Shown one piece after another: positions 25,094 to 39,468 of a stretch of 64,000 nt of DNA; position 1 is the first letter of the stretch, and every line of letters begins with the position of its first letter. A program made the position numbers and the translations under genes. The DNA is taken from NCBI GenBank assembly GCA_964187785.1, contig OZ076409.1:42596001-42660000 (forward strand). Direction: 5' to 3'. This DNA comes from Amphiscolops sp. MND2022. Lineage: Eukaryota. The notes under the pieces were generated by a model. It was given only the letters and a program-made list of their open reading frames with translations, was not told where the DNA came from and made no database searches.

Positions 25094-28000
25094 TTTACAA
25101 AAGTTTGTTTGAATACCGCTGCAATATGTTCTGCACAGTTCCTTTCATTACCGGTTTATTTTTTGACATTTATATCTTTGAAACTAAAAGAAACTCAGCT
25201 GTTTCAAAATTGAATCAAAGTAGTTGCAATTCGGAAATAGTAGACTCAACTACCTCAGAAATTATTCAGTTGTCGCAGCCGAAATTCAAAGTTTGGGAGA
25301 TACTCAAATGAGAAATAAAAATCTTTCACCATGTCCTAGATTTGGTCTTTTCAATCTTTTTCCTTCGCTCACCAATAAATGAGCTTATGTGTCCCCTCAG
25401 AATCAGAAAAATATTACATTTTCATTTCTGTCGAATTAGTGGGGGGCGCCAGCGGGATCACGCGTTTAAAAGCTGATTACTTTCTTGGAATGTCCGCTAT
25501 CCTGCTTGACAGATATTAAAAACATAATGCAAAATAAAAATTTGCTCATTATCCTAGTCCGCAGTTGTCAAGTTGAAAAATGACAGGTCACATGAAATAA
25601 GAATTATTTTAATACCACGGCAAAGATAGAACGACTGGTTTTTGTTGGCATGTTTAAGAAAAGCTAAAATATTTTTATTTGTATCGTTTTGAACTTCAAA
25701 TATTTTGTTTCGCATTCAAAATTTTGGCATCTAACTTAATTCCAATAATTTTTGGTTACATATTGATTTTCCTTCAATTTTTGGTTTACAAAAACTATAT
25801 GTAACAAAATGACCATTGGAACTAGCTTAAGTGTCAAAGTGTCAAATTCGAAAGCACCTCAACAGAAAATGCATCCAGAAAGTTTTTCAGTCACTTTTTG
25901 CATTCAGGAACTCTTGAAGACTAGAAAGTATTCTTGGTGTCACAACCAAGTGCAATTCTACAGTTATTTTTAAAAAGTCTTGATAGTCAAGGACTTTGAG
26001 AGACTTTAATTGCAGAACTTGATGAAGTCTAGAACCATCTGTCATGTCCACATGAAAAAAAAACAAGAATCGCAGTGGCACTGTGATGTTTTTCGTATAT
26101 TCTGTCATTACGTACTGAGAAAAAATCAAACCCCTTCCAGTCTCAATTTTTCGAGCAAAAAGTGATATTTGACAAGCAAACTCACTCGACTTGACAAGCA
26201 AAAAGTTTCAAAGCGCAATATCTTTTAACTTGTTCATTTCCCAAAAAATCTCAGAAGCTAATTTCTCTCAAAGAAACGGCATTTTTTGTTTTGAAGTCGA
26301 ACCAAAATTTCAACATTTGTTTTATCAGGCATTTTGACTTTTTTACCCAATATCTCGAAAACTATTGGTCGGAAGTAAAAATTCTGTTGTTAACTTTTGT
26401 AGCCTTGACACCGTTCTTTAACTTTTATATTTACTACTTTTTCTGAAAATGCTTTCCTACACAGTGAACAGGCTAAATTAGCCGTAATTTTGTTCGAAAG
26501 TTTAAGTGTTTGCATTTTGTGATCATTTCGGTGTTTTCACAAAGAGGCCGTTTTCAGAAGTGTTTGAATCAAAAAAAATTTTTCAAACATTTTTGTAACG
26601 ACAGCGCATTTCGTGATTTTTAATGACAATTTTCAGACAAGGCCAAATGTCAAAAACAAGCTAAAGGTTATCACTTTGGTAATTTTTGTTTGAATCGCAA
26701 ACAAAAAAGTAAACCTGTGATTGTGATAAAAATTTGAGAATGTTTTGCTCCTGGGACTATTGTGTCAACTGAATATGTGAAAATCAATTGAGATTTGAAA
26801 TTTTTGTCAACGAAATTGATTGTCTTCAGCATTTTGGTTACCCTTGTGGAGTTAGCAAATAGTTTCGAAACGGAAGCCGAACAAAAAGTAATTCCCTCGC
26901 TCAAGAGCTGACAAGATCAAACGAAAATATGGAACGACGTTAATATTTCGGAAACAGCGCTTTTGTTTTGTTACTTATGTTAGTTGAAAAATAAACAAAA
27001 TAAAATTGTTCAAGTTGGAGAGAGTTAAAAGTTTGACCTTGATCAAAGTGGAACCCCAAATTCTTGCCGACAAATTTTAAAATCAAAAGGAGAATGTGTT
27101 AGAAATTCCAAATTTAGTGCATTTTTCATCGCAACAGATCAACATCAGAAAACATTTTTTATAACTAAATTTGAAAAGGAACTCGAGACTGCTGGAACTT
27201 ATTCACATGCTACAGACATACATGCGGAGTATTTTTTTGAAAAAAAAAACAAAAAAGTCAGTTAGGTTGTGAAGGTAAATATTGTAGACTCCATTACTGC
27301 ATTGAAATTTGAAAATAAATCCCACTTCGTTACCGACACGATCACGTTGTATTCACACGTTGATTTCTCAACTACTCATCTAATGTAATCACCCCTTCTC
27401 AAATAGCACGATAAATTTGACACTAATTTGCAATTTATTACGCGACTGAAGTTATTTTGCAATAAAATGGCGGTAAAACTGATTGCAAATTATTTGTTTT
27501 TAAAATTAGATCTGTTTCATAATCAAACCTGCAAAATTTCAAGGCTTAAAATTGGCGCCAAAACGTTAATGAATCTTTCAAGCGTTTGATAAAAATTAGA
27601 ATAAAACAGGGACATATTTTTGAGTGTTTTAGAAAATCATAATTGGTTGCGACATTAATTAAGGTCAAAAATTCGACACTGGTTAGATACAAACTCCCGC
27701 CCTGGGAGGACTAATTGGTTAGCAATATTCCGGAAAAAGTCACACAGTGCCAAGAAAATCCAAACGAGGTACCTTTCATGCTAGAATACTTTTTTCTCAC
27801 TGAAAACACCGAAAAACGAGAGATGATTTTTTGCTGAAATGAACTTTTATCATGAAAGTCGTACTTTGCTGAATTTATACAAAATACCCCCTTTAGGCTT
27901 GAAAATGCATTTCCTCAAGTGAGGGTGCCATTTATTTGCCTCAGGTGTAGATTTCTGATAGATTCTCTGCAATTTTCCAATCAGATCGATACTACCCAGT

Positions 28001-30981
28001 GCTCTGAATAATCTAATACATTTATACGTCGTCGAACAAAGCCAAACTTCAACTGGAAATTCGTGGCCCAAATGCTGTGGTTAGGAGACGCTTCTTTTTA
28101 GTGTGAAGTTTCTTCCAATGGAACCCATTCTGTCACCTCTTGAATTATAAATGTTGACCTTGGAATTAGAAGTATTCCTATGAGGACTGAATACCTGCTA
28201 TATGTTTTTCTGAAGTATTTCCTTTCTGCTCGTCTGGGACTGTTAATCACATACACCAGGATAAAAACCAGCCATTACTCCCCCACGTGCAATTCATTCT
28301 ATTCTAACATCAAAATTTAACAAGCTCTCTTTTTCTCAATGTCCGCTTTTTTCCTGCATCTTCAAACTACATGCTTACAAATTGCCGGCAGATTCGAACC
28401 TGTCAATCATCCCATATTTCAAACAATTCAACTTATCCGAAGGTTGCATAAGCGTCCAATTTCCGTTTTATAATCATCAAATTTTGTTCATAGTGCTATT
28501 GCCTCTCAAAAAGAGCGAGCCTTAAGGATTCTCAATTTATGAAGCAGACAGCTTAACAAGATACCATTCAATCACTGTACCACACCTAATTTCCTCGCTT
28601 TAAATCTATTCATACTGTACAGCCGCTCGTTTAACAATTTTTCAAAACAGCAGGCACTGAAAATATGAATTTTAAGTTTTCCTTGAAAAACTGACTGGCA
28701 GCCTAAAACCAGCTCTACAGTAATGGCATAATCGGCAAAACAATTTCAAAATCATAATCGTTCAGATTTTTCAGAATTTTAAATCAGAGGGTATAAAATA
28801 TTAAACAACTCTCTCAATTCAAAAGTTGAATAGATTAAAGTGGTAAGTGGCAGTTTCTATTAACAGGCAGCGTTTTCTTGAAGGCAGAGACAAGCTAGTT
28901 CTGTTAGTACTGTGGTACTTGCAGTGGTAGAAATAGTTCTTGAAATAGTAGTTCTTGATCATGGTGCATGATTTGGAATGTGACATTAGAGTAGGTAGGA
29001 AACATCTATTTGAAAAGTAAACTAGGTGACAAAGGGAGTCGCCCGATAACACCTGCTCGGTACTGAAGCGTGAATGAAGGAAAAGAGGCAGTGAGACCGG
29101 ACAGGGGGTAGCAGGTTAGGCTGTGAGTTTTGTCACTGGGAGTCATAGAATGGTAACATGGTAAGAGAAAGACAAGAAAGGAGAAGTAAAATGGTTGGCT
29201 AGACCACGTATGGAGACTTTAGCCATAAGCAAGAAATGAATTTTAAGTCTTGCTGATTACTCTTGCCGTCCCCACTTGGGAGTAAACCAGCCCACCTGTA
29301 TAAATTTGGCCACAGCCAACTCACCCGGCCGATCGCCCCTTAGCGGGAGGACACGGTAGTCTGCACATACGACCATCTTCTGCAAATGGTGCCCGGGAGA
29401 GTATTAGGGTGCTACTTATACGAGCATGACCACACTTCAAACAGATTAAACAATTTCACCAGCTCCTCATTGGTATATTTCCCGCATCTTTTCCACAATC
29501 ATTATTCTCACCATTGTTCTTTGGCCCAGCCCACAGTTGCCAGTAGCGGCCAAAAATGAGACCAGCAGTAAAGTGGTAGTGGAGAATACGAAGAAAAAGT
29601 AGAAAAGGTGGGAGGTTTTCACACAGTTTATGTGATTAGAATTCCAAGCAAAAGAACAGTTTATGGAAAATGTCGCCGCCCATTTCTTACAATTAGCGGA
29701 CCCAATCAACAATTCAGGAGGTTTTGAAACCTTTAACAGCTGCAGTGTGTTCTCAATACCAATGATACCTCTTTCACATCTTTCAGAGACGCTTATTATT
29801 CCACACAAAATGATTGACGGTCCCAAGGCTATAAACGTTGTTGCGATTCAATTCAGCTTATCCAAAGCGAGGCAAAAGTTTGGCGAAGCAACAATAAAAA
29901 GAAAGAAGCGTGGTCTTCCTTATTTCTAACAAAAATATTTTGACGTCAGTTGGAAAAACATGGAAATTTATTCAGTAAATTGAGTCCAGCTTTATAAAAA
30001 CCTGACCTTGTATTTCTTTTACAGGCACTTGAATTAGCTGTATAGTTAAGAATTTGAACACCTACATTTTAGTCAAATTTCTCTTCGTATGGTGTTTGTT
30101 CAGGTCAAATACCTATTTTGCCTATATAATTCCAATTTTGGGAAGTAGAACTACCGGATGTTGTACTGGTGACAAGCGAAATTAAATTATCACGTGTTTG
30201 GAATATTGAAAAAGACAAAGGAACAAAAATTTTCTCTGATGAACGGAGAATTCACGTTAGATTCCTAAAGCATGAATGTAATCATCACTTGCGCATTAAA
30301 AAAACATTAAAAAATTGACAATTTTTTGTTACCAGAGTTTAACTTCATGTGAAGCAACTTTCGTTACAACAAAAATTCTCCACATTTTTCGACTGTGAAT
30401 CAGAAAACAACCAGAAAATCTTTAATGAGGGAAAAATCGATCAACGACCTGGCACCAAATTTGCCTAAAATTTACCAAAATTTGTTTATTGGACGTGTGA
30501 ACTTATCTTATTTAACTAGCAAGTTCTGACGGCTGTAGAGTTGAAGGCTCTTGATTAATGTGCATAAATAAGATCTTCCTTCTACTTTTTACACCACTGC
30601 TTCAGTGTGACGTTAAAGATGACAAAAATGTTCCTTTGAAAGCAGTCAAAATATAACTATTTCATCAAAACAAAATATTAATTTCATTTTTTTCGTACAT
30701 TCTGTATGCTGTAGTTCTTCACTTTTGTGCCAAAAGTAGATTTATAAAAATTTCAAGCTTATTCAAATTTTTGAAAAAAAAACGAAGATTGCTTCTGATC
30801 GCGTTTCGCCATTTTAATCATTTTTCGTCACTTTTGTTTGTTTTGTTTCAGCTTGTGTTCTTAAAACACTTATACTCTGGTTTCTCTATTTCCTGGATGT
30901 CATCCGATAGCTTTTCGAGGAAATTTTTCCGAGCAAATTAAGAAATTTCCAAAGTTGTATCAATGTAATGAACAACGGCCA

Positions 30982-31098
30982 CTTTTCAAGCAGAGTTTTC
31001 AAAGTGGGTCTAAATTTGACCATTATCCCAGAAACCTCCACTTTAATCCTCGTTTTTCTTCTGAGAGTATAAACGTATCTGGTTTTCGGACAATAAGT
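30982..31098 (+). repeat. Dispersed repeat shared with 40994-41080
   Basis: AAATTTGACCATTATCCCAGAAACCTCCACTTTAATCCTC...CTGAGAGTATAAACGTATCTGGTTTTC recurs with few changes near 40994-41080. Confidence 0.75.
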
Positions 31099-32272
31099 CG
31101 CAGCTACAAATAAAGTTTCTTGTGAAAATTTGAGCCCAGAAATGTGTTTTAAATGAAAAATTTTCGATGCACTAGCTTTTATCCACGCGGAAGCAATTAT
31201 CTTAATCCTGACATTTTCTTTTATCACGAATGTTATTCTGTTGTACTGTGTTTTTCCTTATTTTGTAACAAAGCCCTTTCAAAGAAAACAAAAATAAAAA
31301 ACCAAAACCGCACCATGTACGGTTTTAGTGTATCAGTTTACAAGATTAGCTAAACAAGTTTTTCAATTGCTATCGCCCGTCACTACAAACAGTTACGGAG
31401 TGAAAGATAGCAGACGGCATCAGTAAAACTCTCAAAAGCCCTGAAAATGATACCACCTGAGGACAAAATGATCGGAAGTTGGATTCGTAGCGCAATACAT
31501 GAGGTAAGATTTATCCGTGTCTCTGTTTGAGTGTGCCTGGTTTTTTCCATGCGGCGTTAAAGCATACAAACTCTATTGTATTGAACAAAACATGAAAAAT
31601 TTCTCTATTACGTTTGAAAACACTTTGTATTAAACTTGGAAAAAAATCAGTTATCCTTTTCACGTCGGTCACTTGGTTTTCACACTTCCGCTTCCAACTA
31701 CTCACCTTTTGTACTAACCTGTAGCCAAAATGCACGCTGAAGATGTAGCCACGTAGCAAATTTTTTAACTAACTGGAGTTTCTTAGCCTTAAAATAGCGG
31801 TAAAATTGATACCACAGTCTCGATTGCATGTAAACCTAGACCTAGTGCATTTTACAATGCATAACCCCACGACATTTGCTTCCCGCCAAAATTTTGGGGC
31901 TTTTACTGAGCAACTTGATGAGAGCCAAACAAAACAGAGAATTCATGGAGGTTTCCTTCAGAGTATTATTAAATCTTGATAAAGTGCTTGGCAAATTACA
32001 AAAAAAGTTGGCGCAATTTCAAATTGGGGTAGCAGTTGTTTTCTAAACGAGCTTTTTCTTCCGATATGATTGAACTTATAACTTTGTAATCACAGGGAAA
32101 AGGAAGACGAGAACGCCTCAAGTGAGCGACGAGCTCAAACTTCAACAGGTTGAAGTCTTTCGGTTATGGCGAAAGTCTGCTTTATGGAAATTGTAAAAAT
32201 CTCACATTGCCGAAAACAACCTTTTTGTTTGAAAAGACTATTTCTCACCTCAAATTTTCAAAAATCACATGG

Positions 32273-32478
32273 TGTGACATTATGTCATAGCCTTCAGTTA
32301 GACCGCAGAGGTCACGGTAACAAACAGACAGCTAAGTCAGCCTTTAGGTTATTATACATGCTTGTACATCATATGATCTTATGAACGTGAAGACTCAGTT
32401 GAACAAGATATGAGTTACGATACACAATACATTCCTGCAAGCATACTGATCTTTATCCCTATTTTTCGATACGATAGA
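32273..32478 (+). repeat. 5' LTR of Gypsy element 3
   Basis: Direct repeat of 39270-39468, starting TGTGACATTATGTCATAGCC; about 15 substitutions plus one small indel by eye. Confidence 0.9.
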
Positions 32479-32580
32479 AAATGGCTTAGTCAGAGTAATA
32501 GAATGGAAAACAGCAAAAAATCAGGAAGAACAATCAGTTCCTCAAATGACGAAGTATTGGAACGCGGAAATACTAAAAAC

Positions 32581-33073
32581 AAACAATACGAGAACGTCTA
32601 AAGCACCGCCATATTTAAGGCTCAAAAAGCGTAAAACACTTTTTTTGGAAAAAAATTGAAATTTTTGAAAAAAATTTTTCTTTCAAAAGAAGTCGCTTAG
32701 TGCCGAAAAATGTAAAAGGGGGGACCCTTCTGGATTTATTAACAAACATTCCGTTGCAAAGTATCAAAAAACTCAAAGGGAGGACCCTTTGGGGACATTA
32801 AAAAGATTTCGAAAATAAGTCGCACAGTGCCGAAAAAAATCCAAAGGGGGGACCCTTTGGGCACGTCCGGTTTTGTATGTTTCCTTGAAAAAGTAAAAAA
32901 TGAAAGGGGGGACCCTTTGGAGTAAAGTTTGGCTTGGGCGGACTTGGCCTCAGGTGCTCTGCTCAGGATTGTAAAAAGTGGACCGATCAGTGTGAGGATT
33001 GTAGTCTGAAGAAAAAAAAGGTCACTGCTATAGTCGGGCATTTTTCCCTTAATGGAAAAGCGCCGACTAAAAA
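32581..33073 (-). mobile_element. HINE-like element copy B, inserted in gag of Gypsy 3
   Basis: Reverse complement of copy A architecture: AAACAATACGAGAACGTCT hairpin end, GGGGACCCTT motifs, AGTCGGGCATTTTTC...GAAAAGCGCCGACTAAAAA end; sits in an A-run. Confidence 0.75.
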
Positions 33074-35425
33074 CACATCAGAAGATGACCTTACCCACAT
33101 TCGACAAAAGAGAGGCATACAAGAAGCCAACTACAGTGGCGCTGTACATACACACAGTACATGAAAATGACTCAAAAAACAATTTGAATATAATGACGAC
33201 AGACCAGGAGATGCCGGAACAATATAGAAACGATTTGGAACACCGAATCAAAGACCTATTTATATGGGCACTGGGAGAATCAGTCAAAACGGAGACGACT
33301 AGAACCGTTGAAGACAATAATCCGAATACAATGGATAAATCAATTACATTCATTGCTCCAGTTACACTTTATTCCAGAACGAAACAAATTTCAAAGCCGA
33401 ATGGAATCACCCGAGAGAAGAATGAAGCAGCCGAAGGTGTATGAACAAGGACCCTACAAGTAGAAATGAATTGTGAATTTGAAAATGTGACCCCATTAGA
33501 ACTGATAGCGTCAAAGGTTCTATCACTGATTGGCAGAGTTTAGGCGATTGCGAACTAAAGAAAATACTGAAAAACAACATGACCATTGGTACAAATACGA
33601 AATTATTTCATGCAAACGTAAACAACATATGAACTATTCAAACAATTCCAATGACGGAAGAGGAATACAACCCGTCTAAGAACGACAGTGCAAACGGAAA
33701 AGGTCTGAGAAATCCAGTTATAAACGATCAAGAAGGAAACGGACTGCCAGAAAAAAAAGTACAAAGATAACCTATGTGCGGCGCTCCAAATTGGTCAAGA
33801 CAGAAAAACTGCCCAGCAAAATCCGCAGAATGTCAAAACTTAAAAAGAAGAGGACATTTTGAGAAAAAGTGCAGATCACTGAGGGAGATACAACACATTG
33901 AAAAGAAAGCTGCATCATCAGAGGAAGAAACTGGGATTTTTACAAAATCCAAAAATTAAACGTAAGGAGCAGAAGGTATTCTACAACACAACGCTATTGG
34001 TTAACGAGATACCAATCAAATTCATCATAAACAGCGGATTGCCAGTAACATTTATTCCAAATTGTTCTTTCAATGAAATAACTGAAGCGCAACGACTAAT
34101 TACCACTTGTAAGCAATCAAAGAACCGAAGTTACTGGCCAAACGAAAGCAACGGTAAAAACGAACAAAGAAACATTGAATTTACCATTGCTAATAAAAAA
34201 AAGTGACATCATCATCCTTTATGGGAATAGATTGCATGCAACGACTGGGAACACACACCAACACAAACGACAGCGAAATACAAGTACACAACATAAAACT
34301 GGAAGATACCGAAAAGAAAAGAAAAAAAACTCCAACTGAAAAACGAAATTATCTATTCGAACGAATTTTAAACGAATCTATTCAACAACAACAAAAAGGT
34401 TAAAGATATATCAGTCAAAATAAATTTTAAAAAATGAGCACAAATTTTACAGCGAAAAAGACGACCGATACCAAAACACCTCAAAAGCAAGTGGCAAAAG
34501 AATTAAAACAACTGAATAAAAAAATATCTGGAAAGAGCAACTGAAATCACAGATGATTGTTTTGTGAGCCCAGAAGTAGTAACAGTGACGAAAGATAAGT
34601 TGATCAAGATTCCATTAGACTCACCAGACCTCAATGAAGTAACAATAAAAAAAAAGACACAAATGTCGAACATAGAAGAATTAATCGCAAGAATAGCAGG
34701 AAAAAACCACACGAAGAAAGAGAAGATCTGGCAATGAAATTGGACTTCGATTGTGCATATGGACAAAGAAAACTGCATGATAAAACAATAATTTTATTCA
34801 TGATTAATGTCACAGGGGGAGAATTCACAAGGTATTGCCGCTTCCTGAAAGGAATCTACGAACTGCCAGTTATCTCAACAGTTATTCAGGAACGGATTGA
34901 TGAAACCCTGGAACGAAAACATCCGGCATGACTAGACAACATAATAATACTAACGAAAGGAGACATGAAGAAACACGAAGCTGAAGTCCGAGAAACAATG
35001 AAAAACTAGAAAGATTAAAGTAGGGGGCCAGATTAAACTCAAACAAACGCGAATTCGTCAAGAAAGAAATTGAATGGGTGGGTCACAAAATTGACCAACA
35101 AAGAATACGCACATTACAAGATAAAATAGAAGCGATAACAAAGATAAACAGACCAAAATATGAAAAAGAACTAAAGTCCTTCTTAGGAACAATTCAGTAC
35201 CTCTCAAAATACATCAAGAGCCTATCGGCCAACACCGATATCTTGAGAAAACTGCTGAAGAAACAAAATGAATGGAATTTGACACAAGAACATACCCAAG
35301 CATTTAACAAGCTGCACGCATACTTTACAAATTTTCCATGCTCAGCACATTGTAATCCAAATTACGAAAACATGTTAACAACAGATGCCAGTATGAAAAA
35401 CCCGGGAGCAATACTGTGGCCATTA

Positions 35426-35989
35426 CAGTGGGGTAACCGGCAACGAAAATGCAGATTTTACTCGTTGTGCGGCTCGGAAAATGATGGACATGAATGAATG
35501 TATGGGCCAAAAATGCCCATTCGTTTCGCAGCCAAAACTGTTGCCTATTGATTTCCGAGGAAGCACAAGCTACGTATTGAGTTTCTTTGCAGGAGCGATG
35601 GCTTTAATTGCCCATGCATACTCGTTGATGAGAGTAAATTGGGCAAGTAATTCCATCGCTTGCTCAAAGAATTTCAAGATTTAGATAGATCTGCCACTCG
35701 CTTCGGCCAATTCAATACACTGCTTTGACATGGAAGTGTCTCAATATTTATCTACACATGCAGATTTTCAGTGTTCAGTTTTTGGTTTATCAAATTAATT
35801 CAGTTAAAATTAATTTAGTTATCAAATTAAATTCTTAATTTTTTTTGACTAAGAAATATCAGCTCAACTATTATTTTCCCAGTATTTTAGGCGGGACAAA
35901 TAAAATTGGCAATGACGAAAATCTTCGTTCCGAAGCCGATATCTGCAGGAATATAACCCTAATAATTTTTTCGTTCCGGCCAATCACTG
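35426..35989. mobile_element. Non-autonomous DNA transposon with CAGTG...CACTG ends inside RNase H of Gypsy 3
   Basis: Imperfect TIR: CAGTGGGGTAACCGGCAACGAAAA versus reverse complement CAGTGATTGGCCGGAACGAAAA. RNase H coding stops at GAILW and resumes at RQRRKDGILKQVGYASRFL. Confidence 0.7.
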
Positions 35990-38900
35990 CAAGATTATTA
36001 CGGCAAAGAAGGAAAGACGGTATTTTAAAACAGGTCGGATACGCAAGCAGGTTCTTATAGGACACTGAGAAGAAATACGCAATAAATTAACTGAAGCTAC
36101 TCGCAGTGGTGTAAGGACTGGAACCTTTAGATTTCACATATAGCGAAGACCAATCGAACTAACCAATCACCAAGCGTTCGAACCAATATATATGGAAAGA
36201 AGATCAAACAAGATATACAGTTGAAGACGAACACGATAGTTAGACAGACAGGCACACTTTGACATAAACAAAAAACACCTTGCGGATAAACACTTGGAAA
36301 TGACAGAATACTTGAGTAGAAATCCCGTATCAAAAGCAGAACCAGTAGAAAAATTACGATGAAAATAAGTAATTAATTGCGTAATACTATTATTTAGGTT
36401 CATTAACAACCACTGTAGCATCAACGAGTCAAGGACAGTTGAGAGGTGTGTGGACAAAAGCCGACCAATGACATACCAGCTACAAAAACAAACCAAAGCC
36501 AAAAGAGAATAGAGTTAACGATCGCAGTTCATTGCTATTAACTCAGAAGCAAAAATCACACGAAAACCTTTACAAACAGAAGAACAAAAACAGAACGGAA
36601 CTAACATGGAAAGCAAAAAAATCGAACAATTAGAACGAGAAGATCCATCAGCAGAAACACTAGCCTTGACAAACATATGGAAGGAGCTTGTGAAACCAAA
36701 TGATGATAAAATGACCGACCAACAGCATTTGGAAAAAGTACCACACACCGAGATTTCATCGAATGGAAATAAAAAGGATCGGAATAGAATTGCACCAAAA
36801 ATAATTAAATTAATAAGGAAAAGAATGAAGGAGCAAAATTGAGAAATACCATGAGAAAAAACTAAGAGAGAATAACTATTTAGAGCAACAGAAAAGACAA
36901 AAAACACCCCGCTACCGCTACCGAACATTGAGAACGAACAAGGGACCAGTGGAACGACACATGAAGATGGAACTGATCATCAGAGCGAGGAGATCATGTC
37001 TACCAACTCAAATAATTCCATAGACGTACCGACAGTTAACTCCAAAAAGTATTTGGGAGCCACCGGAGTGAGATATGTTCAAATGGGACAGGCAAGCCAC
37101 GTCCAAGAAAACAACGAATGGAACTTAGAAGAAACGGTCCGACAAGCAGAGCACAAATTCTCGACAATTTTAAAAACCATCGCGATGGACATTACAAATG
37201 TTGACAAGCTACTCAAAACACTAGAAACGCAGACAATCAACCAAATACGTGAGGAGTACAAAAATTACACGAAAAACTTGTCGACGAGATTCTGAGTAAC
37301 CTTCTACGACTACAAAACTATTGTACCTAGAAACCTCAATAGCACAGTCTTTACATTTTTACATAAAGGACCCCTCCATCCATCAACAAGACATTCGCCA
37401 CGAAGCCTTTTTGGTGGCCGAGATGGGGGCAAAAGATCTAACAAAGAAGTGACCAGTGCATACCATGAAAAGATGACAGGTAAGAGAGTAAAACCTCAAT
37501 TACCTATGACAGGAATAAATTACTTACCCCCAACTAAAAAACCAAGCCAAGAAATAATAATGGATTTCATCGGGCCAATGAAAGACGATTTTTCATACTA
37601 GTGTCAATGGATCGATACAGAACAACTTTTGCTTTTGGCGATTTTTCACAGGTTACAGACGGCATTAGTGGAAGATTTCAAAAAATCGTTTCACTCCACC
37701 TTTATCAATTCTTGAAATCACAAGTATTATAATGCAGTTGAAGAATCCGCAAAAGACTACAACAGATTTGTTGCGGTCACTGTTTCCACCCGATTGGCAT
37801 CGTAACGTAGATGGCCAGCAGCACGAGTTTGCGGAACACCTACAAGCAAACCTGCTAATGTCTTTCAGAACAATATGTAACACACAGTGGTATAACACAA
37901 ACCATTAAAGCTGGCAAAGGTACAGCCTTTACAGGAAAAGTATTTAGATAAATCTCTGAAAACCTAGTATAACAAAAACTAGTATAAGGAACACAGTACA
38001 TACATACACCAACGGGTTTAGTCGAAAAGGGAATAAAAACGCTGAAGGCTTACCTGCGTCATGCGTACCAATCTTTTTGACGTATGCACCCTACATGAAG
38101 CTTTAGGCCGTTCAATAAAAGTAATGAGACCCACGGTCCATTCTACTAATGAAGAATCTACTTACGAACGTTATTACGAAAACAGTTGAGAAGGGACCCA
38201 AATAATTACATAAATTTAGCACCTAACTCAAAAACTATCATTCGAGCGAAACTAGAAACGCTGCAGGTGTACTCGTTCACAAACAGCGAGGGACATCACG
38301 ATCAACTTGTGATCAAAACCCTTGGAAGACTCAAAAAACATGATTGTTAAAAATTTCCATACCTGTCCCTAGATTAGAAAAAAAACCAAAACAAATTCGA
38401 ATATGCATATGACACAAAATCACAAATAACAGTAGCGGGAACGAAACACACTATTATAACGGACAAGAACAAGATAGAACATCGGAAGCAAGTAAGGAAA
38501 TAGTTAACAACTACATTTCAGAATCCACTCTCCACACGAGGGGAAAACTCGAAAAGACCGGACGGTCGGTTCACCCAAATGCTACTGAACCCGTCTGAGA
38601 CAACAGAAGAAGCAGATCAGCCAATGAGAGAAAGCACAACGATACTAGAAGAAAGCATGCTAGTAACGAGGTTGCAAGAAAGCCCCATCGAAATGAGCCC
38701 AGTGCACGGGATGGGAATGCAGAAACTAATAAGAAACAGGACCGAGCAAAAATCACCGGGGCAAAAGAATCTACGAATGTACCTGGAAAACAGATGACAG
38801 AAGACCAACAAGAGGAGGCGAGACAAACAGCAGAAGAAAACCCCGATGTCATAACTGTGGTGGACAGAAACGGTAATACCTATTCGATAAAAATTCAACA

Positions 38901-39269
38901 AGTAGAAAATATAAACTTGAAGATAAACAACGATAACAGAAATAACTACACGAAAATCCGCAAGAATAGAATCTGCCAGCCGTATGATACGTTATGCCCA
39001 CCCACTAACATTAAATTTTGCAGGAAACATTGTGGATAAGTGGAATTTTCAGATCAACCAGTTGAAAGAAAAATCCAAACCGAACGGAGATACAAGATGT
39101 TATTGGCAGTGGATAACAACCAATTAGAAAACAGCAGAAAAGAACCGCTCAATGAAGAAGAGAAGGAACACCAGTAAACGTTGTTTACAATTGTCATGTA
39201 ATACTTATTGAAACTTGTTGTGCAGTTTGTTTTTTCATTTATTCTATAATACCCTTACAGAGGGGGGAC

Positions 39270-39468
39270 TGTGACATTATGTCATAGCCTTGACTTAGAC
39301 CGTAGAGGTTACGGTAACAAACAGACAGCTAAGTACCTGTCAGCCTTTAATTTAATAAACATGCTTGTACATCTTATGATCTTATGAACGTGAAGACTCA
39401 GTTGAATAAGATACGAGTTACGATACACAATACATTCTTACAAGCATACTTTTCTTTATCTTTTATTT
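39270..39468 (+). repeat. 3' LTR of Gypsy element 3 (3' end eroded)
   Basis: Follows the PPT and matches the 5' LTR up to ...CTTTATC. Confidence 0.9.

Larger units (their letters stand above)
32273..39468 (+). mobile_element. Decayed full-length Ty3/Gypsy element 3 with both LTRs and three nested insertions
   Basis: Paired LTRs; degenerate PBS TGGCTTAGTCAGAG at 32482; gag knuckle CPAKSAECQNLKRRGHFEKKC; protease IKFIINSGLPVT; RT KLDFDCAYGQ; ELKSFLGTIQYL; RNase H TTDAS and GYASRFL; integrase DFIGP, SMDRY/SRWPA, GTAFT, GLVEK; PPT AGAGGGGGGAC (39259-39269). Confidence 0.92.

Noticed and set aside
38200..39250. env-like third ORF in Gypsy 3
   Set aside because: Post-integrase frames are hydrophilic fragments with no signal peptide or transmembrane segment.
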